Below are positions 22,732-36,600 of a DNA stretch of 43,891 nt, piece by piece. Every line of letters begins with the position of its first letter. Within the stretch, counting starts at the first letter, position 1. Origin of the DNA: Asterionella formosa (Eukaryota); the NCBI GenBank assembly GCA_002256025.1, contig NKIB01014399.1, positions 1 to 43,891 of the forward strand. Reading direction: 5' to 3'. Made by a program: the position numbers and the translations under genes. The notes beneath the pieces were generated by a model. It did not search any database. It worked only from the letters and a program-made list of their open reading frames with translations, and had not been told where the DNA came from.

Positions 22732-23808
22732 ATGCAGTTGAACCTCGCTTTCTCCATGTTGTTACCTGCAATAGCGCCGAATGCACTATCAACTCTAGAG
22801 CCAACGCCAGCAATGGAACAGCTGCAAACACTCACCAGGAAAATCCAACTCAAGGTGCCAGGATCCAGGTTGCACCGAAAGGCTTGGACGACTTGGTGTG
22901 TACAGGCAATAGATTGCATCAAGGAAGAACTCTCGTTAAATCTGCCTCATCCAGTCGACGATGTAACAACCGAGACCTTAGCATTTCAGCTCGGTGTGGC
23001 CGCTGATGTGGGTGAACGACCTTCCTTTACGAATGCTGGATCTCGATCGGGTTATGCCATGGATTTCTTTTGTCGGGCGCGACGATTAGCAGACATGTTT
23101 GTTTGCGTCGGGGATAGGTTTCCAGAGTTCTATGCTCTCCAGCTAAATTTATTGCTGCATAGGTCGGAGGTTTGTCGCATCGTGTCAATTGGTGGTGGAC
23201 CGGGATATGATTTCTGCGCATTAGCTCTTGCCAAAGCTTTCACAGGCTCAAATTGTGCAATAGAAGGAACAGTTTACGACTTTGAAGAAGGCTGGAGTGA
23301 TATGGTAGATGCCATGTCCATATCCACTACCCACATACTTCAACAAACTCACCCTTTTGAGTTATCGACAATCTCGTGTCACTTCGGAGGAAAGTGCGAT
23401 ATTACCAAGTCGTTGAGCGATCCTTCTAATACCTCACTGCTGGTATTTCCCGCAGATATTATTGTGTGTCAATACTGTGTAGCCGAAAATGCCAATCTTT
23501 TACGCGAGAGTGACTTTATATTTTTTCGAGACTTGTTTAAGCATGCCAAACAAGGGGCCATAATTATTTTGACGGAAACAACCCACAGACTTTGGCCTGA
23601 GTTTGTTGATCTTGTTCTCGATATGGATTTTGAAGTTTCTTTCGTTAGGGGACGCGGCACTCAGCTCGTGCTCCGAAAACAGATTGGGTGCCACCACCTT
23701 CGCCCTGGTGCAGATGAAATTGACCAAATGAAGGAAGATGCACACGACCATGAGCTCAAGATGGAAAGTGGACACAGTCGTCAACGACGGAAGATACCAG
23801 AGACATGA
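22732..23808 (+). CDS. Class I SAM-dependent methyltransferase-like protein (358 aa, intronless)
   Basis: Intact ATG ORF; motif I RIVSIGGGPGYD, acidic residue after strand 2 (VYDFEEGW), CDIT, DIIVCQYCVAEN, GAIIILTE. Possible N-terminal signal peptide. Confidence 0.78.
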   Translation: MQLNLAFSMLLPAIAPNALSTLEPTPAMEQLQTLTRKIQLKVPGSRLHRKAWTTWCVQAIDCIKEELSLNLPHPVDDVTTETLAFQLGVAADVGERPSFTNAGSRSGYAMDFFCRARRLADMFVCVGDRFPEFYALQLNLLLHRSEVCRIVSIGGGPGYDFCALALAKAFTGSNCAIEGTVYDFEEGWSDMVDAMSISTTHILQQTHPFELSTISCHFGGKCDITKSLSDPSNTSLLVFPADIIVCQYCVAENANLLRESDFIFFRDLFKHAKQGAIIILTETTHRLWPEFVDLVLDMDFEVSFVRGRGTQLVLRKQIGCHHLRPGADEIDQMKEDAHDHELKMESGHSRQRRKIPET

Positions 23809-24104
23809 TGAAATGAAACTTGAAAACAATCCTCCTATCATATTTTCAAAATTATGATGGTGTAAGCCCACCTGGAAATTTAAATTGATATAGTGCCATG
23901 AACAATGACTGCAGCATGCCTGCCCATTCTTTGCCTGTCATTCAAGTTCTACATGTCTGGAACCTTTACACTTTGAGGAACTCTAGAAAAACCAAGATAA
24001 TGCTAGCAAGAAGGATTAAGGCGCTTTTCTGGTCTTTGCTTCTGTTGACTTCTTCAAAATGTAACACAAGGGTGGAAAAGGCTTGAACAACTTTGCCGTG
24101 GAAT

Positions 24105-24170
24105 ACCAGGTACCTGGTACTCACTTATCTATTACACAGACTACCTGGTACCAGGGTACCAGGTACCAGT
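24105..24170. repeat. GGTACC(A/T) array
   Basis: TACCAGGTACCTGGTAC and TACCTGGTACCAGGGTACCAGGTACCAG. Confidence 0.7.
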
Positions 24171-24545
24171 TTGGAACTCTATCAATGTGGTCCCAATTTC
24201 TTCATAGCGGTATTTTAAATATACTACCGGTAACTACAGATATTTGCATCATGGGGCCTTATTCCCCACTGTTCCACGTCAATTTTACAACCCTAGCGAT
24301 GTTTTCTCCAAACTAGGGTTAAAGCCGGGGCCGCAACCCTAATAATAGTACAGTACATACTGGCATCGTCTACTAACTAACGCACAAATGCGCATGTGAA
24401 AAAATTCAGGACATCAGTAAAATTGTAGGCTATATATATAGAGATATCTGTCTACATGCGTCAAACACTCTCTCCTCGCCTTACCGGTACCAGGTACCGG
24501 TATTCTGATGGCATCATCAAATTACCAGTATTTGTTTATCGTCCC

Positions 24546-24616
24546 CTGTTGATGATCAGCATATGTTCACTCCAACATTCTGTTGATGATCAGCATATGT
24601 TCACTCCATCATTCTG
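24546..24616. repeat. 34-bp tandem duplication just upstream of the HECT gene start
   Basis: CTGTTGATGATCAGCATATGTTCACTCCA(A/T)CATT twice, starting at 24546 and 24580. Confidence 0.9.
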
Positions 24617-24644
24617 AAGGTTTGCATAAGTATCTCCAACAGCC

Positions 24645-27600
24645 ATGACGTCCTTACCTTACCACCAAGATCCACCTCCCAGTGGACGCGAGCGCGCTTT
24701 AGAGACTCTCATTGACATGGATGCACAAGGGTCACTGTACAGAGCTGCTAAGGCTTTGGTAAGTCTTTCTTCTTTGTTACTGCCGTACATTTTCTACGTG
24801 CTTGCTCCTCCCAAAATATCGGTCGCCTCGAGCTACGACCAACTGTATCGCTTCTCTGATCATTTGTTGGCTGCCCTCTTTAAATTAAGGACGATGGAGT
24901 TCCGCAAGCTCTCAGCAGTCGGCCAAATTTAATTACAAGGTCTGCGCTTGTCGAACAAGCGCACTCGTTAGGTAGATATGAAATTGATTCTGCCGCCAAA
25001 TATGAAGCTGTTTTTGGACGCCTCGAGCTCGTCAAGACAGAATCAAACGCAAACGAAGCCCGTAAAGAGCGGATTCTCAGACATTATCGTAAAATGATGA
25101 CCTTTAGAGATCAATCTGCTCCGGCACACCATGGTCCCTTAGTGGAAACCTTAACACGACTGTGTGGGGATTCCAAGATATCTAAACAAATGATCAAAAC
25201 AGTGTGTTCTCATTCCATTTACGCCTCCAAAACAAGTTATATCGAGAATAGCGATAGGGAAATTGCAACTTTGGAATGTATGATGGCAAATTTGGTGGAA
25301 CAGAAGGAACCTGACGTGCCGGGAATGCTGATTGCGACACTTGGCATTCTCACTGGATCCATGCTCGAGAAGGAAGACAATGAAGCTCCCAAACTTGGAA
25401 AAGGCGAAATGCTAACAAAATCTACTTCCAAAAAGCTTGATGCCGTTGAGGATATCCCTGGTTTGACTGTTGGTAGTATCCTCTCGCTTTTGGAGCCGTT
25501 GGAAGAATCCCAGGGTCCCTTTGGACTTGATCCTACCATTTTAGATTATCTCGGAACCGCCGCTGCTGCACATGAAGAGCGTATTGAGGTGCAAAAATCG
25601 CGCTTGCAACATGTTCCCCTTGTGGCATTCACGGACGCTGGCGACGAAGCTGGTACTGGTATTTCATCCGCAGCCTTTGACCGTATTCTTTCCGCTGTCA
25701 CAGCAGCAGAAGTCGAGGAAGACAATTTGAGCTTAGACGGTGCCCTACGATTAGCCCAGGCTGCCCACATGGATTCGTCAGAATCAGATGACTCCGACTT
25801 CGAGGAACCGCAAGTGGAACAGGAAGACTCATCAGATTCAGAAAGTGAGGAGGAAGTGAATATTAACGAGGACCATGATTTACTGCGACAAGCGCTCGCA
25901 TTGAGTTTGACAGGCCGTAGCTTTGACGAAGATTTTGATGAGCAGAAGGAAGAAGACATCGTTCAGCCGCAGATGCCAGAGTTGGAAGATGCCGAAAGCA
26001 AAGGGCACGCCATAGCTGACTACGACGAGGTTGATTTACCACCTCTGCCCGAGCCGCTACATTATTACCCATATTCTTTATTGCAACAAGAAGAAAACGA
26101 AGATATCACAAGTTATGTGGACCCTTCATCTCATGCAAAATTTGGATATATTCCTGCATCTCATGCCATGGTCCACACGTTTCGAAATGCTATGTCAATT
26201 ATTCTTAAGACAAGAGCAACAATTTCCTCAGAAACCCAAGAAATGCCATCGATTCCAGGAGGTATGGGCTTATCGCTATTCATTTCTCATGCGGAAGTAA
26301 CGAAACCGAAGAGAAACGACCTCTCAGGGTGTGCGCTCACGATTCAGTTACTTGTAATTACTCTTCTATTAATGTCTGAAAACCGAAATCTGGCGATTGA
26401 AGGCTTGAAGCAAGCTATTTTGGAAGAACAGCACTATGTCGAAGAAAAGGAAGAGCCATTGTCCGACGAAGAAGATGACCCTTTGGCCATTCGTGCGGTG
26501 GCGTCAGTCGCATCTTTGACTGAGTGTTTGGCAACGAAGGGGATGAGGCGCAAGGCGGCCGCTGCAGCCCACGACGCCGCCAATCGCCTCAAATCACTTC
26601 GGAAAAAGACTGATGCATGGAAAGATAGGCTTAAGTTGTATTCGCACTGCACGTTACTGAGTTTGCGGTGTCTGAAGCATTTCTTGCAAGGGATCGTATT
26701 GACGTGGCTACAGGCGGGGGGACTTTCTGTGGTTGACATCCACGAGATTTTACCATCAAGCGTTTGGTCAAAGCTAAGTGCATGTCTAGCGACTCTGGTG
26801 TCGGTACAGTTGACACGATCATTTGCAACCATGACTTCCGGCGACGATTCAAACGAGCTCGAAGACTTTTTAATGCCTTTTCGAATTTACAAAGAAGCCG
26901 TTGTGGCTTGGGGTGAATGTGTTCCTTTCCTTTATCCATCAAGAACATCCAGATCTGAAGCACTGAAATCCTTAATCGTGGAATGTTTTGAGGTTGTTCC
27001 ATCTGGCGCTGCCATTGAATCTCTGTTGACGATGCCCTCGACTGAGATGGATGCAAAGATGCATCGCCTCCAAACATTGTGTAAACGTCTCTGTGTCACC
27101 GATTTGATGAATGGCTTTGTGGACCGTCCAATTTCCTTTACAATTGATGACTCAAATGTTGAAAAGGAAGTGAAGGAGGATCCTGTACGAGCCAGTCCTC
27201 TTGTAAAACTTCTAGCATCTTCATGCTTGGTTTTGCATGATGCAGGTTATCTCAGAAATTTTCATCTTGCGCTTTGTCATCGATTAAATCTACGAGGACT
27301 ACTTTGGGACGGTCTTTACTTGGTTTCACACATCGAAACTGAAGATGCATCATCTCCTTCCCCTGCTTCCACAGCATCAACCACAGATGCTATCAGAGTT
27401 GTTCAAACACCGTCAAACAGTCTGGTATTTGATTCATTGAAATGTTCCGATTCAATCGCAATACTGTCAAATCAGAGTCATGGTGAGGGAAGTTCTCCTG
27501 TGAATGGTTCTTCTGCCCATCAACGAGCATCGAAAGTTTGGGGAACCGTCCTTTCCTCGCTGCATTTCAGCCCAAACACTGGAGTGCATCGATGGGCAGT

Positions 27601-30600
27601 TCGCTTGGACAAATGTGAGCGAGGCCATGTATTTGTTGGGGTCGCGACTGGTCAGGCTAGTACGAGAACATATGTCGGCGGTGACAAGAATGGATGGGGA
27701 GTCATCGGAACCCAGGCATTGTGGCACGACCGTAGAAAGATCCGAGGTGACTATGGGGCGACATTCCGAACTGGATCGATTATTATCATCACACTGGACA
27801 CTGATGTTGGCACACTAAGCTTTAGTTCTTGGAAGGATTCTACTGGACCATCTAGTGCCTTTTCATTGGATCCCCTTCTCCCTTCACCTCGGAGGCAAAG
27901 TCAGAGTTCATGTGGCACTGTAGAGGAATGGGGGGTCGCATTTGAAGGTCTCCCTATTGATTCGAAACTGTTCCCTGCTGTTGGACTGTACCAACGCGAT
28001 GACCGCGTTACACTTCTGCATGTGGACAGTGGGAGCCGATCTATTAGCAATGACTACCTTGTCAACGAAACCTCAATTGGTGCATCGTGTTACTTCCCTC
28101 ATCATCTTGATGCTGCAGTTTACAATGACCACCTACTCTCTAAGTTTATGTCGGTGAAACAACACAATTCTTTGCTCGCTATGGATATTCTGCAGTACGC
28201 CATTGATACATTACATGAAAGCAGCTCATCCATCGAAGCAAATGTTTCAGCCGTCCTTCCAAGCATTGCAGCCTCGCTTTGTCTGCTACCCTCGTCAATC
28301 CCAGTACTCTCTGAACGACTTGCATTAGTGTTACTTCCACATGTTACGAAATGTATCAAATCATTCGAACACCACAAGGGCGATACCATCCTGTTCAAGG
28401 AAGGGTTAGTGGAAGGCAAGTGGGTTATCAGAGCAACTGGGTCATCAGGTAGCTCAACTAGTATGGATTGCGAAGAGTACGTTGTTGATCTAACCAGTGT
28501 CTCGGACGAACATAATTTTTCAATCGGTTTCCAAGGCTGTGGAATTGGCACGACTGGAAAATCAAAAAATGGACTTGTCAAGATAGCTGGGGCAGTTCAC
28601 GGTTCATCGGTTCATTTCGAAGAGGAATGGACGGATGTAAGCGATGAATGCAACTCATCCGCCGATGAAACCGCGTCATCTTGCCTAGTAAATGCTCGCC
28701 TTAGCTTGGACGGCAGGAAATTTGAGGGGACATACCGCAACATTCAGTATGGAACTTCAGGTCACATTGCAGGGATTCTGACCTCGTCCAAACCCGAAAC
28801 AAACGAAATTAGTGCTATCCTCTGCCAGGCCCTTCTCTGCCTTGCACATGGACATCTACTGAGCATTGTGAGCGAGGATCGTGCTGGAGACATTGAATCA
28901 ATGGGTGGACATGATTCTCCCTCCAATATCACCAAAACTCTTGGGATTCAAAGGCGAGGTCGTCTCGACGAACAACTCGCAAGTCATCTCCTTTCTTATG
29001 GGTTTGTCGACGGCGATCATGTGCAATTAAAAAATGCCATCCAGGATTTGAAATCATTTTATTCGTACCGAGAATTACAGTGCGAGAAGCCCTACCACGA
29101 GTGTGCTATTGTGTACCCACATTTGTTAGATACCGACCCCTTCGTCAAAAAAGAAAAACAACAGACCCAGGCCAGTGGAGTACTGTTGCAAGAAGTCATT
29201 TCAATGGACGATGATGTAGCAGCATTGAACGGAGGAAAAGGCTCGTTGGCGATAATTTGTCCCGTCGAGTACTTGAATGCCAGGCAACACCTAATTGCAT
29301 GCTTTTTACGTCACTTACATTTTGATGGTGAAAGGCAATGCGATTATTTGGGAATGGTTTGGAAAACGGCGTTGAAGACCATGGACGATGGCCTGAGAGC
29401 TACACTCGCGTTTGACGATGGCACTAGCCGGCACGATAGAGCTTTAGCTTTCTGTGATCATACAATGGAGATGTGCCTTTTCTTAATGCAGATCGAACCA
29501 AATCCGGAAATTTCAATATCGCCTGAAGACACGATGGCTGAGATTGTTTCATTTTGTACAGTCATCATTGGGAAGTCCGATTTGGACTACTTGATGTCAA
29601 GGATGCGCGTTGCCATAACACGATCGTGCCTTCGCGGAATTGCTTTCCAGCAGGTGAAGTCAATCATTCATCATTGCTCAACAGAAACACACGATACAAG
29701 TACCCGACACATTTTGGTTGATTGTATCGCTGCATCTGCCCCCCGTCTCCTCGGTCGTGCATTCAGCCCTTCAGATCGCAGCAAGAACCGAAGACATGGG
29801 GATAATGATCTCCTTTCAAGTAACGATCTAGGTTCCTATTTTCTTTCTGGCCTATCCGGGGCTGGACTGGCAGCTTTGGATGGAATAAGAGAGAGCGTGT
29901 ATTTCCTACTGGGTCAATTCATTTTGGTGACGAAGGAGATTGGCGATCATGCTTACAACGCATCGACAGAGTCGTTGCTTCTTTCTAGTTTGGCTTGCTT
30001 TATGATGTCGTTCCGTGCTGTTGACATTCGCTCGATTGCCGAGGAAAGCGGCATTCTTTCCATTTTGCCGGTAGTTCTGAGCAGGCATCAAAAATCCTTG
30101 GCGCTTGCCAACTTGTTTACCGACGAAGGTGCCGAATCCAATCTTGTTCCTTTTTTACAGGAAGTCACCAAAGATAACGTTGCACGTGCCTTGTTATGCG
30201 CGGCTGTGACGGTAGCACATTCATTTTCGTTCCAGGTCGCGCAAAATGTGAAAGACCCTGATTCCGTGGTAGCCTCTCAAAAGTGTGAGATGATCCTGCT
30301 TGAGGAACTCCGACAAACGATACCCTTTCTTGAGAAAAGCATCAAAAATAGCTTAGTACGCTTCAGGGAAGAGCAATCCGAGGAGCAGTATTTGAAATGG
30401 CTTGAAACGTGTCGTCCAGAGAGCGATCTTAAGACGTCCAATTTGTTGATTATGAAGCGAACAACGAGTGCAAAGAACTCATCTGTTGGAATGTCAATTT
30501 TCGGACAGAGCGGATCTTTTGCTGCGCCGTTCATTAGTCAGGCAAAAGCAGTGAAGCCTTCAAAATCATCGATTTGTCAAGCCAGATCGACCTCAATCAC

Positions 30601-33600
30601 TTTTTCATCAAGGGGAGATGACCTTCTTGCCTTAATGGGCAACCCTGCTCAGCAACACCTGTCACATTTGCTTCACGTCTTGTCTTGTCTTATCACGTCA
30701 CCGTCATTTCCTTATTTGTTTTCGGATTCGGCATGGTTCGTTTTATTGCTTGAAGCAGCCGGTCTCCAATCTGATATCCCTTCAGTGATTGATGAGTTTT
30801 CCTGTGGTACTGGGAGCAGCAACCAGCTTTTACCTGGGAGATACAGGGCTAGAATTTTGAGGCTCTGTGAGCCTCTATTATCGCGATCGGTTCCGGATAT
30901 CAAAGTAATTCGTGGTTTGTTAATGATCGCAGGAAACTCAAGCCCTATGATGAGCCATAACATCGACGACGACGATGCTCTAGTGTCCAGCGAGGCGCTA
31001 TCGCTTCTTAGAAGCCTTCACGCTGAAAACCAAGTCGGTTGGCAAACTGCCATTCAAAAAGAAATAAAGATTAAATTTGACAACTGCAGCGAACCTTGGA
31101 TCTCGGATCCTTCTGTTGTTGGTACTGTTCTATTTCTGTCAGGAAAGATTGAAACCATTCGTCGGGGATCTTATGTTCTTCTCAAACCAGCAGCAGCGGC
31201 TTTTCTTTCTTTGGACGGACAATCCCCGCCCAGCAACAAGTTACACGGCAACACATTCCCTAGTGGTACGAGTGGTAGCAACGCTATTGCGCCCCACCAT
31301 GTTGTAGGGAACGGAACCGAGGGCATTGTGTCTGGATTGTGCCGGGCAGATGCCTCGGCGGGAATCGTGAGTGACGTCGACATGCATACTGGTGTATGTG
31401 AGATTATTCTTATGGAGCGTCACAGACAGAATAGGATTGAGGATGTCACTACTTTGGGCAATTCAAAGGAAGGAAAGGGGTCGAACATGTCAAGGGCTAC
31501 TCTCACTGTAAGAGCACTGCGAACTCCGTTGTCTGTCGTAGCACAAGCCGAAGAGATGCCATTGTATTTAGACAATTCCTTCCCTACTGATGGTTTCTTC
31601 ACAAAGCTCTTACCTGCTGCTATCAGAAAAGTTGATCACTCTATAAGCAACAATAGTAAGGTTATGAAGAACGAGGTTTCAGATATTACTGACGCTAGCA
31701 ATGGATTTGCTCTTCTTGTGCTGAGAGCCTGTATTGTTCTCCTGTCCGATGAACGTATACTTTTGGGCTTTTTGGAGAGAGAAGATTCACGAACGACTTT
31801 GAGCCAGCTGTTGCGATTGGCTTGCATGAACAAAGGCCTAACAAATGAATACCAAGCATATCAACCTGAATTTCTCTCGTCGCTCTCATCGCTTGAAGCA
31901 AAATTTAGCCATATCAGTGCGATGCTTTCCGAGATTGGGATCCGTAAGGTAATGTTGGAGGGAACTAGTTATTTAAGCTGGTCTCGCATACACGAGGAGT
32001 ATATTGCTCTAATTAGCAACACAAAAGACACGAAAAGCGAAAACGAACCGGCAGGGGTCGGAGCTAGTATTAATAGTGGTTCTTCCACAGAACCCATACC
32101 ATTTCCTGCTGAAGTCGAAACGTCTACAGGTTCTCGAATGAACGCAGCTCCCTTGGGTCGAACTGGTAATCTGTCATCTTTCAGCTCTAACAGCACAGAG
32201 GATGCCGATGACAACGAAGCAGCAGCAACAGCAGCTGCTCACCACCGAGAAGCAGCAATTGCACAGATGGCAGAGTTAGGTCTCCCAAGGTCTTGGTCGG
32301 AGCTGGCACTCAGGAGAACAGGTGGGACGAATATTGAAACAGCTGTGAATTTCTGTCTGGAACGGGGTGGAGATATGGAACGATTACTGATCGAAGAGCG
32401 TGAACGTGAGCGCGTTTTGCAACGCCAATCATCAAGTTCCGTTTCTCGCCGTCGAAGCACTAGGAATGATAGCAACAGTGCCAATCATCTGCTTCGTCAA
32501 CTGTTGGAAATGGGGTTTCCAAATAGATGGTGCACTGAGGCACTTATAGCTACGAGAAACAATGTAGACGAGGCTCTTACTTGGATCCTGGCGAATGGCG
32601 AACGGCTGAGTGCTGAAGATGAAGGCATGGAAGAAGAAACTAGTGAAGCCGACGAGGACCAGGATGATTCGATCGAGGAGGAGAGTGGTGAGGAAGATGT
32701 AGACGAAGACGTTGAAGACACTCCTACACCGGAAGGAGAATCTAGCCCAGCGAACGACTCATCTCTCCTAACAAATGATGCATCTGCTCCAAGTGTCGAA
32801 GAATCTTGCTCCCTGATAGGGGCAGACGACGGACAAGTAGATTGCACCCTATCAATGGAGTTAGAACCTACGATGAACGTTGGCCCCGCCGATCCCTCAC
32901 AGAAAGATATCAACCCATCTGCTCAGCTGGTGGTGCTCAAGGACGATACAAATTGCGAGAAGGGTGGATGGGCTGGTTTAGTGACACCTTTAAGATTTAT
33001 TTCTGGGCGTTCCATTATTGATCCACAAACACTAGCTATTTCGGGACTTCCAACTGGTGGATTCTCATCTGTGGGAACAAAAGGAGTGTTGCTCACTTCT
33101 GGAAAGTGGTACTATGAGGCTATTTTAGAAACTGCTGGCTGCCTGCAAATTGGATGGGCAGATGGAAGCTTTGCTGGACATTGTCACGCAGATCGCGGTG
33201 ATGGTTGTGGGGATGGGCCAAGTTCGTGGGCATATGACGGATGGAGAAGGTATAGATGGCATGCAATTGCTACAGAGTGGGGTTGCCGATGGAAGGAAGG
33301 TGATGTGGTTGGATGCTTGGTCGACATGGACGAACACCGTGTATCCTTTACTTTGAATGGACTTGGCGAAGAAATTGGAATGGGAGTGGCTTTTTCTGGG
33401 AATGGGTTTCGGCCTTGCGGAGGAGTGTACGCTTGTGTAAGCTTCAATCGTAGAGAGAAACTCCGTCTCATAATTGGAGGGGACGGTACGGAATCGTTCA
33501 AGTATACACCTCCGCCAGGTTATCACGGTGTAGGTGAAGCTCTGCAGGCTGCGGTCAAGGAAAGGCGTGAACTCATTAAGAAAGAAAGTGTATTAAACTT

Positions 33601-36600
33601 AAGGCTCGCTTTTGAACCTGAGGATTCCGGCAGTTCTAGTCGCTTCTTGTGCGATTTTTCCGACGGTGAGCACGGCCATGAACTTTTTGCGTGGCAGCAT
33701 AGATATTATGGATCAGACGCATCTGTGCACCTTGGGTCTGGGCGAAGTTCCCGACAGTCAGGCGCAGTCAAGGGCTCAAGTACACACAGTAAGAATGGAG
33801 AACTGTGTGTGGTAGAATCTGTTTCATCTCGTCTCGAGAAAATGTGGTCAAATTCGAAGCTAGCAGCAGATATGAGAATTGAAAGTATCAACTTCGCAAA
33901 ATCAGCCATGGTTGATGGGTACGATGGTATGGTGAAGAGTCTTTGTTCCACCATGACGGACGTTCATGCATCACTTGGCGTTCTTTACAGTCGAAAACTT
34001 GTGTTACACCTTATTATTGTTCTCGGTGAACGCTTTGATTTACGGGCATTTTTATCCTTGGATTCCGAGCCACCTTCTGAGTCTGACGAGCTTTGCACAG
34101 CGCTGCAACTTTGGGAGGTGTTGGATGCATGCGTAAGTCTCCGAGCAGCTGGCTGGGTTGGAGAAGCCGGGGCAATGGCAGTAGCAGCAGAGGCGCTCGG
34201 GCTTGGTATTTCCACTAATGATCATCAACATGGACGCCATTACACAGCAACCGATGAACACAGTCCTTTCTCGTCGTCAAATGCAGACGAACAATTCGTA
34301 GTGCCTGCTGCGGGACTTGCTCAACTCCTGACGACTGTTGTTCTGTCAAAGGAATGCAAATCATCTCCGTCGCTTCGATACACAGGACGAAGTTTGGCGG
34401 CCAGTGCCGAAGCTGCAATTGGGGCAGATGGAGGGGGTGGTCCTCTCGTTTTCTTACAACGTGGACTACAAAGCGCGGCGTGCAAATCTCGTCCATTTTG
34501 CGAAGTTCTTGTCGCAGTTGTGCGTCGATCAGTACGGCAACTTGCGGTCATTGACTACTCAGGCGACGATTTGGCTCAATTGGAAGGTACCGAAGACGAC
34601 GAAATGGATAACTCGATCGGAGCATTCAACAAATCAAAAACGGAAACTCGCGATGACAACGACCAAGATACATCCTTACAACCTGATGCTCGCTTGGCGT
34701 CATTCCTCACTGGTTTGTTGCTTAGTAACCCTGTCCATGCGTCTGTACCAGATAAAGTGTGGCTGACGGGGTCCCTTCTGGAAGCTTGGAGTATAGGTTT
34801 GCTCTCTGCTTCGGCACCATGGCGAATGGTGTGTGCTCTAACAGCATCTGGTATTCTCAACATGGCACCAACCGCGTTGGTTTGCGCAACTAGTGCTATC
34901 CCAGCACTCGAACGATTCTATAGTAGGTTACCTGGTACAGTCGCACGGAGGATATGGGCAGAACGCGCAGCAGTTCCTGTATGTTCTCGATATGTCCAAT
35001 CACTTGTCGAGTTACTTGCAAGTGCACGACGAGCTATAGCGGTATCTTCACCCACAGCCTCTTTTCTTAGAACGTGGGAAAGCTTTGAAGTTGACGCTGC
35101 CATGCCAATACCCTTCGATAAACCCTCAATGCTCTCATTTGAAATCCCAGGGAACGCCTTTATTGAGGAAGCGAATTGTGTCTCAAACTGGGAATGGTCT
35201 GATGGATGGTTATCGAACGATACAGGGTGGGAAGTTTGGTCCGGAGTTGCAGAATTTGTTGCTGTCGACTGGAAGCCTCCTTCCCGATCAGCGGTGCGAA
35301 CTCTCATGGATGGCGGAGAAGGTCCACCCATGCTTCGCGAAGGATGCATTGTCATGCGAGGACTTGACTGGGATGATGACAAAAATGACGATGATAAAAT
35401 TCAATACGAAGTCGAAAAAACAGAACGAGAGAAAGAAAAGAAGTCCCAGGAGGAATACGCTTCGAACGACATTGATCCAGCATCATCATCCCAACCTGTT
35501 CCCGACGACGACCAAGACCCCGTTGCAGACATCATTTCGCAAGAGGGAAGAGAGGACTCAATGGCAGCGTCCGAAGGCAAAGAACATGCAATTTCGCACA
35601 AGGACGTCCAGTGTACACCAGTCAAGAAGAAGAAACGCAAGAAGCTACCCAATCCAAAGCTCCCGACTGGCACGGTGCTGGCTATCGAGGAATGGGATGG
35701 TGTTCCCGCAATGGCTCGAAGAGTGAGATGGGATCGAACTGGCAAAGAGGGGATCTATCGCTATGGTGGCGATGGCGGCAGATACGACATTTGTCATGTC
35801 GAAGTCAACGAGAAATTTACTCGACTGCGCAAAAAACATCCACTTCCCGAGAGTGCAGAACAGTGCGCATCTCGGCATGGGTTTGGAGTTGCAAAGAAGT
35901 ACTGTATACTTCTGCGACTTCGTGAATTGGACAAAGATTCTGCTAACAACATGACGAGGAGACGTCGTCGCGAAGGCGTATTAGAATGGCCAGATTTCGG
36001 TGCTGGCGTTCGTGTAGAGTGCATTTTGAACGCAGATAACTCTGTTACAATCGAAGAGAAAGAGCTTTTGTATGGTTCCAAAGATGCTGGATGGGAGGCC
36101 AGATTCGGGCAACCTTCATTTGTGCCCAACACAACCACTGTTGTGATTCCGAGCGCTCGATCAATCAACACTCAGAACCAGGCTGAAGCAGATGCAAAAT
36201 CTTCGTTCATTTCCATGTATGAAGAACTTTTTGGAAGTAGTTGCCATGATGTTGCTCTACTTCGACATCGTGCCAGCGGTGACAGGGTTCGAGTCATATG
36301 TACAATGAGATTATTGCGAGGTCGACGGTCTAGACAAGATGGAGCTCCATTCACCCCGTCAACGTGCCCTCCTCCAATACGGTTCGATCGTGACTTTCAT
36401 GCTACTTCGTTGTCCCTATCGCGCGATGGCCGAACCGTAACTTGCGTTTCGCCCGACGGTAGAGGGACAGCGTTTGCCTCAACTGGGTTCACAAAAGGTG
36501 TACATTACTGGGAGGTGAAGCTAGAACAGGCCGATATTGGAAGCGTTTTCATTGGGGTGGCTGAGAAACCCAGTGGATCAGGGTCTGGCTCAACATTTGG

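Larger units (their letters stand above)
17666..24339. mobile_element. Interval bounded by ~70-bp terminal inverted repeats with TA on both sides (putative ITm-type DNA transposon)
   Basis: 17666-17735 AGGTTGCGGCCCCGGCTTAACCCCAGTTTGGAG...ATCGCTAGGGTT...GGAACAG is the imperfect reverse complement of 24269-24339. TA at 17664-17665 and 24340-24341 (a TAA reading is also possible). Contains a transposase remnant. Confidence 0.65.

Noticed and set aside
22533..23006. 157-aa ORF overlapping the methyltransferase-like gene
   Set aside because: TTG start, no motifs, alternative frame of the better-supported ORF.
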